Below, in pieces: positions 9,610-20,150 of a stretch of DNA of 40,927 bases. Every line of letters starts with the position of its first letter. Position 1 is the first letter of the stretch. A model generated the notes under the pieces. That model was not told the origin of the DNA. It did not search any database and saw only the letters and a list, made by a program, of their open reading frames with translations. Source of the stretch: Patescibacteria group bacterium (GTDB lineage Bacteria; Patescibacteriota; Minisyncoccia; UBA6257); contig JAUPUN010000001.1 of assembly GCA_030917555.1 (NCBI GenBank), positions 1 to 40,927 of the forward strand. Reading direction: 5' to 3'. Made by a program: the position numbers and the translations under genes.

Positions 9610-9897
9610 ATGAATATTAAACCTTTATCAGACCACATTTTTGTGGAACCATTAAGTGAAGAAAAAACTACCAAATCTGGCATTTATCTTCCAGAATCAG
9701 CAGAGGAAAAACCAATAGCAGGAAAAGTAATTGCAGTAGGTCCCGGAAAAATTACAGAAGAGGGAAAATTAATTCCTTTAACAGTAAAAGTAGGGGATAA
9801 AATTCTTTTTACTAAATATGCTCCTAATGAAATTAAAATTGATGATAAAGAGTATTTAGTGATTCGAGAAGATGATGTTTTGGCAATCTTAGAATAG
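9610..9897 (+). CDS. groES: Co-chaperonin GroES
   Basis: MNIKPLSDHIFVEP ... GKVIAVGPG ... VGDKILFTKY. I prefer the ATG at 9610 to the GTG at 9571, which lies inside the CIRCE operator. Confidence 0.95.
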   Translation: MNIKPLSDHIFVEPLSEEKTTKSGIYLPESAEEKPIAGKVIAVGPGKITEEGKLIPLTVKVGDKILFTKYAPNEIKIDDKEYLVIREDDVLAILE

Positions 9898-9922
9898 AAA
9901 TACATCAAAATTCATTGTTTAA

Positions 9923-11575
<1,653 letters not shown>

Positions 11576-11593
11576 AAATAAATAATTCAAATT

Positions 11594-12136
11594 ATGACAA
11601 TTTTTTTACTGGTGATAGTATTGCTAATTCTGCTTGGAATTGGTTTATATAATAGTTTAATTCAGAAGAAATTTAGAGTAAAAGAAGCGTGGTCTGATAT
11701 TGAAGTTCAACTAAAAAGACGGTACGATTTAATTCCTAATTTAGTGGAAACAGTTAAGGGTTATGCTGGCCATGAAAAAGATTTATTAGAAAAAATTACC
11801 CTAGCTCGCAGTCAGGCTATGCAAGGGAATGGTTTAGAGAAAATGAAAGCTGAGGATAAGTTGAGTGGCGCTTTGAAATCTCTATTTGCGGTAGCAGAAA
11901 ATTATCCGGATTTAAAAGCTAACTCTAATTTTATAGAATTACAGCAAGAGTTAGTGGATACCGAAGATAAAATTCAAGCCGCAAGGAGATTTTATAATGG
12001 GGTGGTGAGGGATTATAACACTGCTTTGAAAGTATTCCCCTCCGTGCTTATTGCTAAATTGTTGCATTTTAAAGAAGAACCGTTATTTGAGATTGCTAAT
12101 GAAGCAGAAAGAGAAGCAGTAAAAGTACAATTTTAG
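11594..12136 (+). CDS. lemA: LemA family membrane protein
   Basis: N-terminal TM segment followed by EAWSDIEVQLKRRYDLIPNLVETVKGYAGHE, which is typical LemA. Confidence 0.92.
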   Translation: MTIFLLVIVLLILLGIGLYNSLIQKKFRVKEAWSDIEVQLKRRYDLIPNLVETVKGYAGHEKDLLEKITLARSQAMQGNGLEKMKAEDKLSGALKSLFAVAENYPDLKANSNFIELQQELVDTEDKIQAARRFYNGVVRDYNTALKVFPSVLIAKLLHFKEEPLFEIANEAEREAVKVQF

Positions 12137-12144
12137 TAGCTCTT

Positions 12145-13038
12145 ATGACTCTTTATACTCAAGCCGAAACTAATATTAGGCGAACCTGGTTTTTTATTTT
12201 CTTTTTTTGTTTGCTTGTGATCGGAATAGGGTGGTTTTTTAGTTATCTTTTTGAAGCACCTTGGCTTTTAGTTTTTGCTGTAATTTTAGCTTCTACTCAG
12301 AGTTTTTTAAGCTATTGGTACTCTGACAAAATTGTTTTATCTTCAGTGAAAGCTCAAGGTCCCCTTACTAAAGAGGATAACCCAGAATTATATCGAATAG
12401 TAGAAAATCTGTCGATTACAGCTGGTTTACCAATGCCTAGGATTTATCTTATTAATGATCTTTCTCCTAATGCTTTTGCTACCGGGAGAGATGCGCAGCA
12501 TGCAGTGATTTGTGTTACTAGCGGGCTTTTAGAAAAGTTAGAAAAAGTAGAGTTGGAAGGAGTAATTAGCCATGAGCTATCTCATATCGGCAATCGTGAC
12601 ATTCTCTTAGATTCGGTAATTGTGGTTCTGGTAGGAGTAATTAGTCTTCTAGCCGATTGGTTTCTAAGAGGACTGAGATATAGTTCCAGAAGAGAAGAAG
12701 ATAATAATGCTAATCTTTTATTTTTACTTGTAGGAATTGTGGGCGCTCTCTTAGCACCTCTAGCAGCTACTCTTTTACAATTAGCTATTTCTCGCCGGCG
12801 AGAATTTTTAGCCGATGCTACTGGTGCTTTATTGACTCGTTATCCTGAAGGTTTAGCTCGGGCTTTAGAAAAAATCGCTCAAGATCCGCTTCCTTTAAAG
12901 TCAGCTACCACTGCTACAGCTCATCTTTTTATTGCTGATCCCTTAAAGAAAAAACAAACGAGTTGGTTTTCTAAATTATGGCTGACTCATCCACCTATTG
13001 AAGAGAGAATTAAGGCTTTAAGGGAAATGAATGCCTAA
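12145..13038 (+). CDS. htpX: M48-family zinc metalloprotease HtpX
   Basis: HELSHI (HExxH) flanked by TM segments, and a C-terminal THPPIEERI motif. Confidence 0.9.
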   Translation: MTLYTQAETNIRRTWFFIFFFCLLVIGIGWFFSYLFEAPWLLVFAVILASTQSFLSYWYSDKIVLSSVKAQGPLTKEDNPELYRIVENLSITAGLPMPRIYLINDLSPNAFATGRDAQHAVICVTSGLLEKLEKVELEGVISHELSHIGNRDILLDSVIVVLVGVISLLADWFLRGLRYSSRREEDNNANLLFLLVGIVGALLAPLAATLLQLAISRRREFLADATGALLTRYPEGLARALEKIAQDPLPLKSATTATAHLFIADPLKKKQTSWFSKLWLTHPPIEERIKALREMNA

Positions 13039-13179
13039 GAGACAGGAGAATGAGAGCTATAATTTATCAGTTTTAAACCATTGAGTTATTGAAAATTAAT
13101 AAACCAAGAACAAAAAGCATCAGTAAAAAAATTATTCCCTGAGGCGTGACAGAGCGAGTTGGTATTTTCTTGGACAATT

Positions 13180-13188
13180 TGATATAAT
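13180..13188 (+). promoter_or_regulatory. Extended -10 element TGATATAAT
   Basis: TGnTATAAT read directly, 52 nt upstream of the 13241 ATG. No good -35 box. Confidence 0.4.
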
Positions 13189-13240
13189 TTTAAAAGGTCG
13201 AAATAAAAGGTAAAAAATTTTAATAATAAAAAATACATTT

Positions 13241-13630
13241 ATGGCGGAAGAAATCAAGCCAGAGGAAACAAAGACAGAAGAAAAGAAAGAAACCTCATCA
13301 ATAGATGAAAATAAGCTTTGGGGGATTTTAAGTTATATTTCTCTTCTCTGTCTTATCCCTTTACTTACCAAGAAAGACAATGATTTTGTTTATTTTCATG
13401 CCAAGCAAGGGTTAGTTTTATTCGGAGCAGAAATAATAGTTTATATTGTTTCTAGCATTTTGAGGGCTAGTATTTGGAGTTGGGGAGTTCTTTCCATTCT
13501 CAACGTAGTTTTTACTTTACTTAATTTAGGGTTGGTAGTTTTAGCTATTCTTGGTATTGTTAACGTTATTCAGAATCAAAAGAAAGAGTTGCCCTTGATT
13601 GGTAAATTGGCTCAGAGTTTAAAGATTTAA
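13241..13630 (+). CDS. Small membrane protein (DUF4870-like), function unknown
   Basis: 129 aa with an acidic/K-rich N-terminus and then three hydrophobic segments. The pattern LWGILSYISLL ... FHAKQGLVLF resembles DUF4870-type proteins (from memory). Confidence 0.5.
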   Translation: MAEEIKPEETKTEEKKETSSIDENKLWGILSYISLLCLIPLLTKKDNDFVYFHAKQGLVLFGAEIIVYIVSSILRASIWSWGVLSILNVVFTLLNLGLVVLAILGIVNVIQNQKKELPLIGKLAQSLKI

Positions 13631-13654
13631 TTTTTCCCCTATTACTAGGGGAAA

Positions 13655-13741
13655 GGAGGAGTCGCATAGTGGACTAGTGCGGTTGCTTGGAGAGCAACTG
13701 TGTCCTTCGGGGCACCGTGGGTTCGAATCCCACCTCCTCCG
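13655..13741 (+). tRNA. tRNA-Ser (anticodon GGA)
   Basis: Hand-folded. 7-bp acceptor stem GGAGGAG/CTCCTCC, D-arm with GG, anticodon stem GTTGC/GCAAC with loop TTGGAGA, long variable arm GTGTCC-TTCG-GGGCAC, T-arm GTGGG-TTCGAAT-CCCAC. CCA is not encoded. Confidence 0.9.
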
Positions 13742-13742
13742 C

Positions 13743-13877
13743 CCCTCACTTGGAAAGTTTCAGAGGCAAAGCCTCTCTTTTTAATTCTCTCGTATAAAGA
13801 GAATTAATAACAAAAATTTGAGTTTTTCAAGAAATTTAATACTTTATTAGTTTCTTCAAAAACTTTCCAAGTGAGGG
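13743..13877. repeat. 18-bp perfect inverted repeat CCCTCACTTGGAAAGTTT (13743-13760) / AAACTTTCCAAGTGAGGG (13860-13877) enclosing 99 nt with three internal hairpins
   Basis: Read directly. The inner hairpins are 13762-13776, 13781-13807 and 13825-13860. Confidence 0.8.
13762..13782 (+). terminator. Putative terminator of tRNA-Ser
   Basis: Stem AGAGGC/GCCTCT with loop AAA, followed by CTTTTT. Confidence 0.5.
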
Positions 13878-13894
13878 ACTCTTGCATTGTTTAT

Positions 13895-14437
13895 CTATGA
13901 ATTGGTAGAAGAGGTTGAGAGCTCGAAGAGATATCTCAGAGAATAGAAAGATAAATAACCAATAAGGAAGCCGATTATTAAACCGCCCAAAATGTCAGAA
14001 GGATAATGAATTCCAGCTGCTACTCGAGCTAGGGAAATTAAGAAGGCAGCTAGAAACAATCCTAGTCCCCATTTTTTTTGAAAAGAAAACACTATGGTAG
14101 CTAGAGCAAAAAAAATAGTGGCATGACGAGAAGGAAAGGAAGAAGAATTTTCTGTTAATAAATTATTAATAGGAAAAGAAAGAAATGGCCGAGGACGCGG
14201 CCAGAGAAAACGACAAAAAGAGGTAACTCCAAGACTTAAAATAAGCCCAAAAGCAAGAGTAAGAAGTATTTGTTTTTGTAATTTGCGAGATAAACGATAA
14301 GACCAGAGAAAAAAAATTATGCTCAGGACAACGAGATAAGGTAAATATTCGGCCAGGAAAATAATCAAAGAGTCTAACCAATTGGATTTCCCTGCTAGGC
14401 TATTAAGAGAAAATAATAAAGTTAAGTCTAGATTCAT
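13895..14437 (-). CDS. PAP2-family lipid phosphatase (possible undecaprenyl-diphosphatase)
   Basis: PAP2 motifs RFLWPRPRP, SFPSRH and SLARVAAGIHYPSD in a polytopic membrane protein. Confidence 0.85.
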   Translation of the reverse strand: MNLDLTLLFSLNSLAGKSNWLDSLIIFLAEYLPYLVVLSIIFFLWSYRLSRKLQKQILLTLAFGLILSLGVTSFCRFLWPRPRPFLSFPINNLLTENSSSFPSRHATIFFALATIVFSFQKKWGLGLFLAAFLISLARVAAGIHYPSDILGGLIIGFLIGYLSFYSLRYLFELSTSSTNS

Positions 14438-14470
14438 ATCTAAACTATTATAGCAAGTAATTTTTATAAT

Positions 14471-14486
14471 TCAATTAGCTAATTGA
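14471..14486. promoter_or_regulatory. Perfect 16-bp palindrome TCAATTAGCTAATTGA in a divergent promoter region
   Basis: The sequence equals its own reverse complement. It lies between the PAP2 gene (-) and the cupin gene (+). Confidence 0.5.
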
Positions 14487-14568
14487 GGATAATATTTATT
14501 TGACGAACTTAATCGTACTATGATACAGTGGTTTAGGTCGGCAAAATAATAAAAAAATAATAAAACTT

Positions 14569-14967
14569 ATGAAGGGATACATAACTAATATTGAAGCAGC
14601 AACTTTAGAAAATGAAAATTTTCGCAAGGTGCTCTATACAGCTAAACATAGTCAGTTAGTTTTAATGAGTTTAAAACCACAGGAAGAAATCGGGATGGAG
14701 GTTCATCCTGATAATGATCAATTTTTCAGATTTGAAAAAGGTCAAGGTAAAGTTATTATTGATGGCAATGAGTACGAAGTTAAAGATGGTTTTGCAGTGA
14801 TTGTCCCAGCTGGTGCTCAGCATAATGTCATTAATACTTCTGAAACTGAAGCTTTAAAGCTTTATACGATTTATTCACCAGCTCATCATAAAGATGGGGT
14901 AGTAAGATTAACAAAGGCAGAGGCTGAAGCTGATAGTCCCGAATTTGATGGCGTAACCACAGAATAA
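14569..14967 (+). CDS. Cupin domain protein
   Basis: 132 aa with a cupin-type pattern, G(x)5HxH-like EEIGMEVHPDNDQFF ... G ... VPAGAQHNVIN. Confidence 0.8.
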   Translation: MKGYITNIEAATLENENFRKVLYTAKHSQLVLMSLKPQEEIGMEVHPDNDQFFRFEKGQGKVIIDGNEYEVKDGFAVIVPAGAQHNVINTSETEALKLYTIYSPAHHKDGVVRLTKAEAEADSPEFDGVTTE

Positions 14968-15000
14968 GAGTCATAAGTTAAAACCGAGAAGTTTCAAGAA

Positions 15001-15029
15001 GAGAAGGCAAATTAATGCCTTTTCTTTTA
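15001..15029 (+). terminator. Intrinsic terminator after the cupin gene
   Basis: Stem GAAGGCA/TGCCTT(T)TC followed by a T-rich tail (TTTCTTTTAG). Confidence 0.6.
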
Positions 15030-15188
15030 GTTTAATTCAGCTTTTGTGCTTTAATTTTAGCAAGAGTTAATTCTTTGAATCTTTAGCTAATACTAGAGGT
15101 TAACTTTTTAATTGAAATTAAGTTATTTTTGAGGGGTTGATTTTCGCTTTAAAAAGGCATAAAATAAGATATCAAGTAAAAATAATTG

Positions 15189-16118
15189 ATGGCAAACTAT
15201 AAATTAATTATTATCGGTGGAGGACCGGCTGGTTTATCAGCAGGGGTATATGGGGGGAGAGCTAAATTGAATCCTTTAATTTTTACTGGTGTAAAAGGTA
15301 AGGGAGAATTAGCTTTAGCTCTAAATATTGATGATTTTCCCGGCTTTCCACAAGGGATTAGCGGCCTGGAATTATTAGAATTAATGAGGCAGCAAGCAGT
15401 AAAGTATGGCTGCGAATTAAAAGAGCAAGAAATTATCAAGGTAGATTTTTCTAAACAACCATTTAAAGTAATCAGTCAAGATGGTCAGGAATATCTCAGT
15501 GAGTCAGTAATTGTGGCTACTGGTGGTAGACCCAGAGTATTAGGTTTAGAAAAGGAGCAAGAGTTGATTGGTAAAGGTATTTCTTTTTGCGCTGTTTGTG
15601 ACGGTTGTCTTTTCCAAAATAAGAAAGTAGCAGTAGTGGGTGGAGGAGATGTGGCCCTAGAAGACGCTCTCTATCTAACGAAATATGCTGAGAAAGTTTA
15701 TTTGATTCATCGCAGGGAAGAATTTCGAGCCGCTCCTAGTTTACAAGAAGAAATAAAAAATAATTCGAAAATAGAAATTATTTTTGAGAGCGAAGTAGTA
15801 AAACTATTAGGTGATAGCTATTTGGAAGGAATAATTATCAAGAATAATCGCTCTGGCAAAGAACAGGAAATACAGATTGCTGGTCTTTTTCTAGCTATTG
15901 GATTTGAACCAGTGACTGATCTTTTTCAAGATTATTTGGAAAAAGGAGAGGGTGGCTATCTAAAAGTTAGAGAGAATGTAAAAACTTCACGAGAAGGTAT
16001 TTTTGCAGCCGGGGAGGTGTGTGATAATAAGTATCGGCAAGCCATTACTTCTGCTGCTTTTGGAGCAATGGCTGCTTTGGAAGCCGATCGCTGGTTAAGA
16101 GAGCAAGGTCATAAATAA
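15189..16118 (+). CDS. trxB: Thioredoxin-disulfide reductase
   Basis: FAD site GGGPAG, redox centre CAVCDG, NADPH site GGGDVALEDA. I prefer the ATG at 15189 to the TTG at 15186. Confidence 0.93.
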   Translation: MANYKLIIIGGGPAGLSAGVYGGRAKLNPLIFTGVKGKGELALALNIDDFPGFPQGISGLELLELMRQQAVKYGCELKEQEIIKVDFSKQPFKVISQDGQEYLSESVIVATGGRPRVLGLEKEQELIGKGISFCAVCDGCLFQNKKVAVVGGGDVALEDALYLTKYAEKVYLIHRREEFRAAPSLQEEIKNNSKIEIIFESEVVKLLGDSYLEGIIIKNNRSGKEQEIQIAGLFLAIGFEPVTDLFQDYLEKGEGGYLKVRENVKTSREGIFAAGEVCDNKYRQAITSAAFGAMAALEADRWLREQGHK

Positions 16119-16840
16119 TGAAACAAGCTGAGTTTTTAAAGATTAAAAATTTAACTGTTACTCTTCAAGAAAAAGCAATTTTAAAAGGGGTGAATTTAAT
16201 AATTCGAAAAGGGGAAACCCATGCTCTTTTAGGACCAAATGGGAGTGGCAAATCAACTTTAGCACAGGTGATCATGGGTTTACCTCCTTATCGAATTAAA
16301 AATGGTTCTTTAATTTTTGAAGGACATAATCTTACTAAATTGTCACCGGAGACTCGGGCTAAATTAGGTATTCAATTAATTTTTCAAAATCCGCCCCCTT
16401 TAAATGGCATTAGTTTAAGTACTTTATTACCTTATTTTCAGAATTTACATAAAGATAATTTTGTTTCTTTTCAGCCGTTTATTTTTGAAAAAGAAATTCA
16501 GCCTTTATTAGACAGAGATTTAAATAAAGGTTTTTCTGGTGGTGAAAAGAAAATAGCAGAACTCTATCAAATAGTTCAACTTCAGCCAAGGTTTCTTATT
16601 ATTGATGAAATAGATTCTGGTCTTGATCTTGAGAAATTGAATAAAGTAATTGTTTTTTTAAAAAAACAATTTTTAGCTCCAGATAAGTCTTTATTAATTA
16701 TTACTCATCGAGAAGAAATTTTACGTTATTTACAACCGACAACGACCCATATTATGAAAGATGGTCAATTAGTTTTTTCTTCTCCGAATTGGAAAAAGAT
16801 CTGGCAACAAATACAAAAATATGGTTACAAAGCGTATTAA
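16118..16840 (+). CDS. sufC: Fe-S cluster assembly ATPase SufC
   Basis: Walker A GPNGSGKST, signature FSGGEKK, Walker B LIIDEIDSGLD. Its ATG overlaps the trxB stop codon (TAATG). Confidence 0.88.
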   Translation: MKQAEFLKIKNLTVTLQEKAILKGVNLIIRKGETHALLGPNGSGKSTLAQVIMGLPPYRIKNGSLIFEGHNLTKLSPETRAKLGIQLIFQNPPPLNGISLSTLLPYFQNLHKDNFVSFQPFIFEKEIQPLLDRDLNKGFSGGEKKIAELYQIVQLQPRFLIIDEIDSGLDLEKLNKVIVFLKKQFLAPDKSLLIITHREEILRYLQPTTTHIMKDGQLVFSSPNWKKIWQQIQKYGYKAY

Positions 16841-17756
16841 ACCTATTATCAAAGAAGCTCCTCAGAGCAATTTTTTCTATCTCAATCATAGTTTGGAGAA
16901 TCTTTTTGCGCCTCCTGGCATAGAAATTTTATTATCAAAGCAAGCCTATCAAAAATACTCTTGGGTGAGGCAATATTTTTCAAAAGAACCACAGGAAGGT
17001 TATTTTATTTGGGTTAAAAAACAACCACTTTTGCCCCTTACTACTTGTATTGGAATTTCCCAAAATAAAATTAGCCAGCATTTGGGAAACCTTTTAGTAG
17101 TAGAACCTAATTTGGAGGTTTATAGTAATGTGACGTGCAATGCTTTTGAACTGGATCTTTGTGCTAGTCATGAAGCCCAAGGTAAAATTATTTTAAAAAG
17201 AGGAGCTAGTTTAGTTTATGAGCATCTTCATTATTGGGGAAAAGGAGATTATGTAGAACCAAATTATGAATTTTATCTCGCTCAGGGGGCGCGGTTAGTG
17301 TATAAATATCAAGTTCTTAACCCTCCTAAAACTCTAAAAATTAAAACAAAAGCGGAATTAGCACAGGAAGCTCAAGCTGAATTGAAGACAGTGGTTAAGG
17401 GTCATCATTCTAATATTAATATTGATGAAGAAATGATTTTGAAGGGTACCAAAGCGCAAGGCTCTTTGTTTTTACGTTTGGCAGCAGAAGCTCAGACTTT
17501 TATTGAAGGACTCAGCCATTTAAGGGCCGAAGCTGAGAGTAAGGGCCATTTAGATTGCCGTGGTTTAATTTTAGATAGTACTTCAACTATTCAATTAGTT
17601 CCAGCTTTGATTAACAAGGATAAAAAAGCTCTTTTAACTCACGAGGCTTCAATTGGTAGAGTTAATGAAGAGGAATTAAATTATCTTCGAGCGAGAGGCT
17701 TTTCTTTAGAAGAAGCTGTTAATTTAATAGTAAATGGATTTTTACAAGTTACATAG
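16821..17756 (+). CDS. SufB/SufD-family Fe-S assembly protein (short, 311 aa)
   Basis: C-terminal LTHEASIGRVNEEELNYLRARGFSLEEAVNLIVNGF matches the conserved SufB/SufD tail. It follows sufC with a 20-nt overlap. Confidence 0.8.
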   Translation: MVTKRIKPIIKEAPQSNFFYLNHSLENLFAPPGIEILLSKQAYQKYSWVRQYFSKEPQEGYFIWVKKQPLLPLTTCIGISQNKISQHLGNLLVVEPNLEVYSNVTCNAFELDLCASHEAQGKIILKRGASLVYEHLHYWGKGDYVEPNYEFYLAQGARLVYKYQVLNPPKTLKIKTKAELAQEAQAELKTVVKGHHSNINIDEEMILKGTKAQGSLFLRLAAEAQTFIEGLSHLRAEAESKGHLDCRGLILDSTSTIQLVPALINKDKKALLTHEASIGRVNEEELNYLRARGFSLEEAVNLIVNGFLQVT

Positions 17757-17806
17757 ACAAAAAGATTATTTTTTGATAAAATAAAAATAAATATCAAAAT
17801 AAAAAT

Positions 17807-18241
17807 ATGTGCGGTCCTTTATGTGCCATCGGAATTGCCGGTGGGTTAGGTTTATCAAAGTTATTAGGTATTGATGACTTAACTTTAGGTATTTGGATTG
17901 GGGCTTTAATTTTATCTTTTTCTGTTCAGTTCAATCGTTTTTTAGTTAAAAGAAAGAAAAATTTTCCTTATAGTTTTTGGGTAATTTTTGTAGGAACCTG
18001 GTTTTTAAGTTTTTTGCCAATTTGGTCTCAATTAACTTGGGGTGGCCCCCAGAGTTTTTGTGGTTTTCCTAGAGTAATCTTTGGTTCCTTCGTAGGAATG
18101 GCAGTTTTATATTTTAGTGATTGGGTTAATAACAAAATTATTAAACGACATCGAAAGGTCTACTTTCCTTACCAAAGAACAATTATTCCGATTGTTTGCT
18201 TAATTTTAGTCAGTCTTTTAGTAGAAACTTATCTTTGTTAA
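17807..18241 (+). CDS. Small polytopic membrane protein with an N-terminal CGPLC motif, function unknown
   Basis: 144 aa with four hydrophobic segments. It starts MCGPLC and ends in Cys. Confidence 0.5.
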   Translation: MCGPLCAIGIAGGLGLSKLLGIDDLTLGIWIGALILSFSVQFNRFLVKRKKNFPYSFWVIFVGTWFLSFLPIWSQLTWGGPQSFCGFPRVIFGSFVGMAVLYFSDWVNNKIIKRHRKVYFPYQRTIIPIVCLILVSLLVETYLC

Positions 18242-18268
18242 TTAAATCTTATTAATTAATTTTGAAAT

Positions 18269-18823
18269 ATGGCTCAAGAAGAAAAATTTGCTGAAATTTT
18301 AAATAAAATGCAGGAATTAAAAAAAGGCAATAATCCTTTAGATTTATCTACTAAGGAAGATTTGGCGATAGGTATTATGAATTTAATTTCCTTAGAAGAA
18401 CATTTCTTTTTTACTTATAATAAAACTCAAGATAAAAAGTATCTGGATTTGTTAAACGAAATTAGATCAATGAGAAAAGATTTGTTAAAAGAGATCGTTC
18501 AGAATCCAGAGGGAGAAGTTTGGTGTATTTCTAAGCATCTTTTAGCAGCTAGTATGAGATTAATGGAAGTAGGTACTAAGAAATTATCTGATGGGAGACA
18601 AGAGGAAGCAGAAGGACTGTTTCATAAATCTTATGATTTATGGAATATCTTTTGGGGCTTAAATTTAGGGTTGCTTGAGGTTAAAGATTTAAAGAAAACA
18701 GAGGAAGATTCAAAAGAAGCAGAAACACTAACTGTTCAAAGTAAGAACAAAGAGAAGCACTTAAGTGTTTTTACTAAATTAGGAGAGATCATCCAAGAAA
18801 TTTTGGATTGCTGTAAGGAATAA
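18269..18823 (+). CDS. Soluble helical protein with a C-terminal CC motif, function unknown
   Basis: 184 aa, charged and helical in composition, ending ILDCCKE. I recognise no family. Confidence 0.5.
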   Translation: MAQEEKFAEILNKMQELKKGNNPLDLSTKEDLAIGIMNLISLEEHFFFTYNKTQDKKYLDLLNEIRSMRKDLLKEIVQNPEGEVWCISKHLLAASMRLMEVGTKKLSDGRQEEAEGLFHKSYDLWNIFWGLNLGLLEVKDLKKTEEDSKEAETLTVQSKNKEKHLSVFTKLGEIIQEILDCCKE

Positions 18824-18935
18824 ACTAACACTACCCATTCTCTTAAATTTAATTTAGTTATGAGATAAGGGGTTTCTCGCGTTTTTTACGCTATCTCTTC
18901 GTTTTAGGAATGAACAGATTTTTGAGTTTTCGTCT

Positions 18936-19982
18936 ATGGATCTTTCTTTGTTTGATTATTATTTACCAAAAGAGCTAATTGCTCAAGAACCAATCGAGCC
19001 GCGAGATTATTCACGGTTGATGATTTTAGAGAGAAAAACGCAAAGCATTAATCATGCTTTTTTTTATCAATTACCAAACTTTTTAACTCAGCAAGATGTT
19101 TTGGTTTTTAATAATTCTAAAGTAGTGCCAGCTCGCTTAAAAGGTAGAAAAAAAGATACTCAAGGGAAAGCAGAATTATTATTAATTAAGCCCGCTTCCG
19201 GAGTAGCTTTTGATCTTACTGTTTGGCCTAGTCAGTGGCAAGCTATGGGGCAGCCAGCTTTAAAAGAAGGACAAGTCATCTTATTTCAAAATAATTTAGC
19301 AGCGAAGGTTTTAGCTAAAGAAGGATATGAATTAATGGTAGAATTCAATAAAGAAGGGGAGGAATTAAAAAATGATATTTTTAACCAAGGAGAAATGCCT
19401 TTACCTCCTTATCTTAAAAATCCTACTCCCAAAATTTCAGACAAATATCAAACAGTTTATGCTAAAAAAGAAGGTTCAGTAGCTGCTCCCACTGCTGGTT
19501 TTCATTTTACGCCCCAATTGCTAAATCAATTAAGAAAGAAAGGGGTTCAATTTGAAGAAATAACTTTGCACGTTGGGTTAGGAACATTTTTACCAGTAAA
19601 AGAACGGCAAGTGGAAACTCATAAAATGCATTCTGAGTATTTTGAAATTTCCCCAGCAGTAGGTCAGCGTTTAAATGAAGCCAAAAAATTGGGTAAAAGA
19701 ATTATCTCAGTAGGAACGACAGTTGCTAGAGTCTTAGAAAGTTGTGCTGTGGAAAAAAATGTAATTAAGGCTCAAAACGGTTGGACTAATCTTTATATTT
19801 ATCCCGGTTTTGAATTTAAATTTATTGATGCCCTGATCACCAATTTTCATCTTCCTAAATCTACTCTATTAATGCTGGTTTCTGCTTTTGCTGGAAGAGA
19901 ATTTATTTTGAGAGCCTATCAGGAAGCAATTGAGCAAAAATATCGTTTTTTCTCTTTTGGAGACGGAATGCTCATTATTTAA
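18936..19982 (+). CDS. queA: S-adenosylmethionine:tRNA ribosyltransferase-isomerase
   Basis: LFDYYLPKELIAQEP, AAPTAGFHFT, VGTTVARVLES and a FFSFGDGMLI end. Confidence 0.93.
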   Translation: MDLSLFDYYLPKELIAQEPIEPRDYSRLMILERKTQSINHAFFYQLPNFLTQQDVLVFNNSKVVPARLKGRKKDTQGKAELLLIKPASGVAFDLTVWPSQWQAMGQPALKEGQVILFQNNLAAKVLAKEGYELMVEFNKEGEELKNDIFNQGEMPLPPYLKNPTPKISDKYQTVYAKKEGSVAAPTAGFHFTPQLLNQLRKKGVQFEEITLHVGLGTFLPVKERQVETHKMHSEYFEISPAVGQRLNEAKKLGKRIISVGTTVARVLESCAVEKNVIKAQNGWTNLYIYPGFEFKFIDALITNFHLPKSTLLMLVSAFAGREFILRAYQEAIEQKYRFFSFGDGMLII

Positions 19983-19991
19983 ATAATCTTA

Positions 19992-20012
19992 AATTTTTAA
20001 TTTTGTAATTTT
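19992..20012 (-). repeat. Inverted exact copy of the 21-nt AAAATTACAAAATTAAAAATT
   Basis: AATTTTTAATTTTGTAATTTT is the reverse complement of 9929-9949. It lies in the queA-tgt spacer. Confidence 0.7.
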
Positions 20013-20150
20013 ATAAATAAATCTTTAATTTTTCAATTTCTTAAATGTTTAGACATTAAATTATTAAAACATTCTTTATCAAATTAACAATTGGAAATTC
20101 AACATCATAATTCTTGAGTTATAAATTATAAGTTGGAAGTTATTAAAATC

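Noticed and set aside
11594-13038. The lemA-htpX pair as a possible novel module
   Set aside because: As far as I recall, a LemA-family protein next to an M48/HtpX-type protease or similar membrane stress proteins is a commonly seen arrangement. Nothing here is unusual beyond tight spacing.
18824-20150. I looked for a preQ1 riboswitch upstream of queA or tgt
   Set aside because: I found no small hairpin followed by the A-rich CUA-containing tail characteristic of preQ1-I, nor preQ1-II-like features. The spacers are plain AT-rich sequence. A covariance-model scan would settle this.
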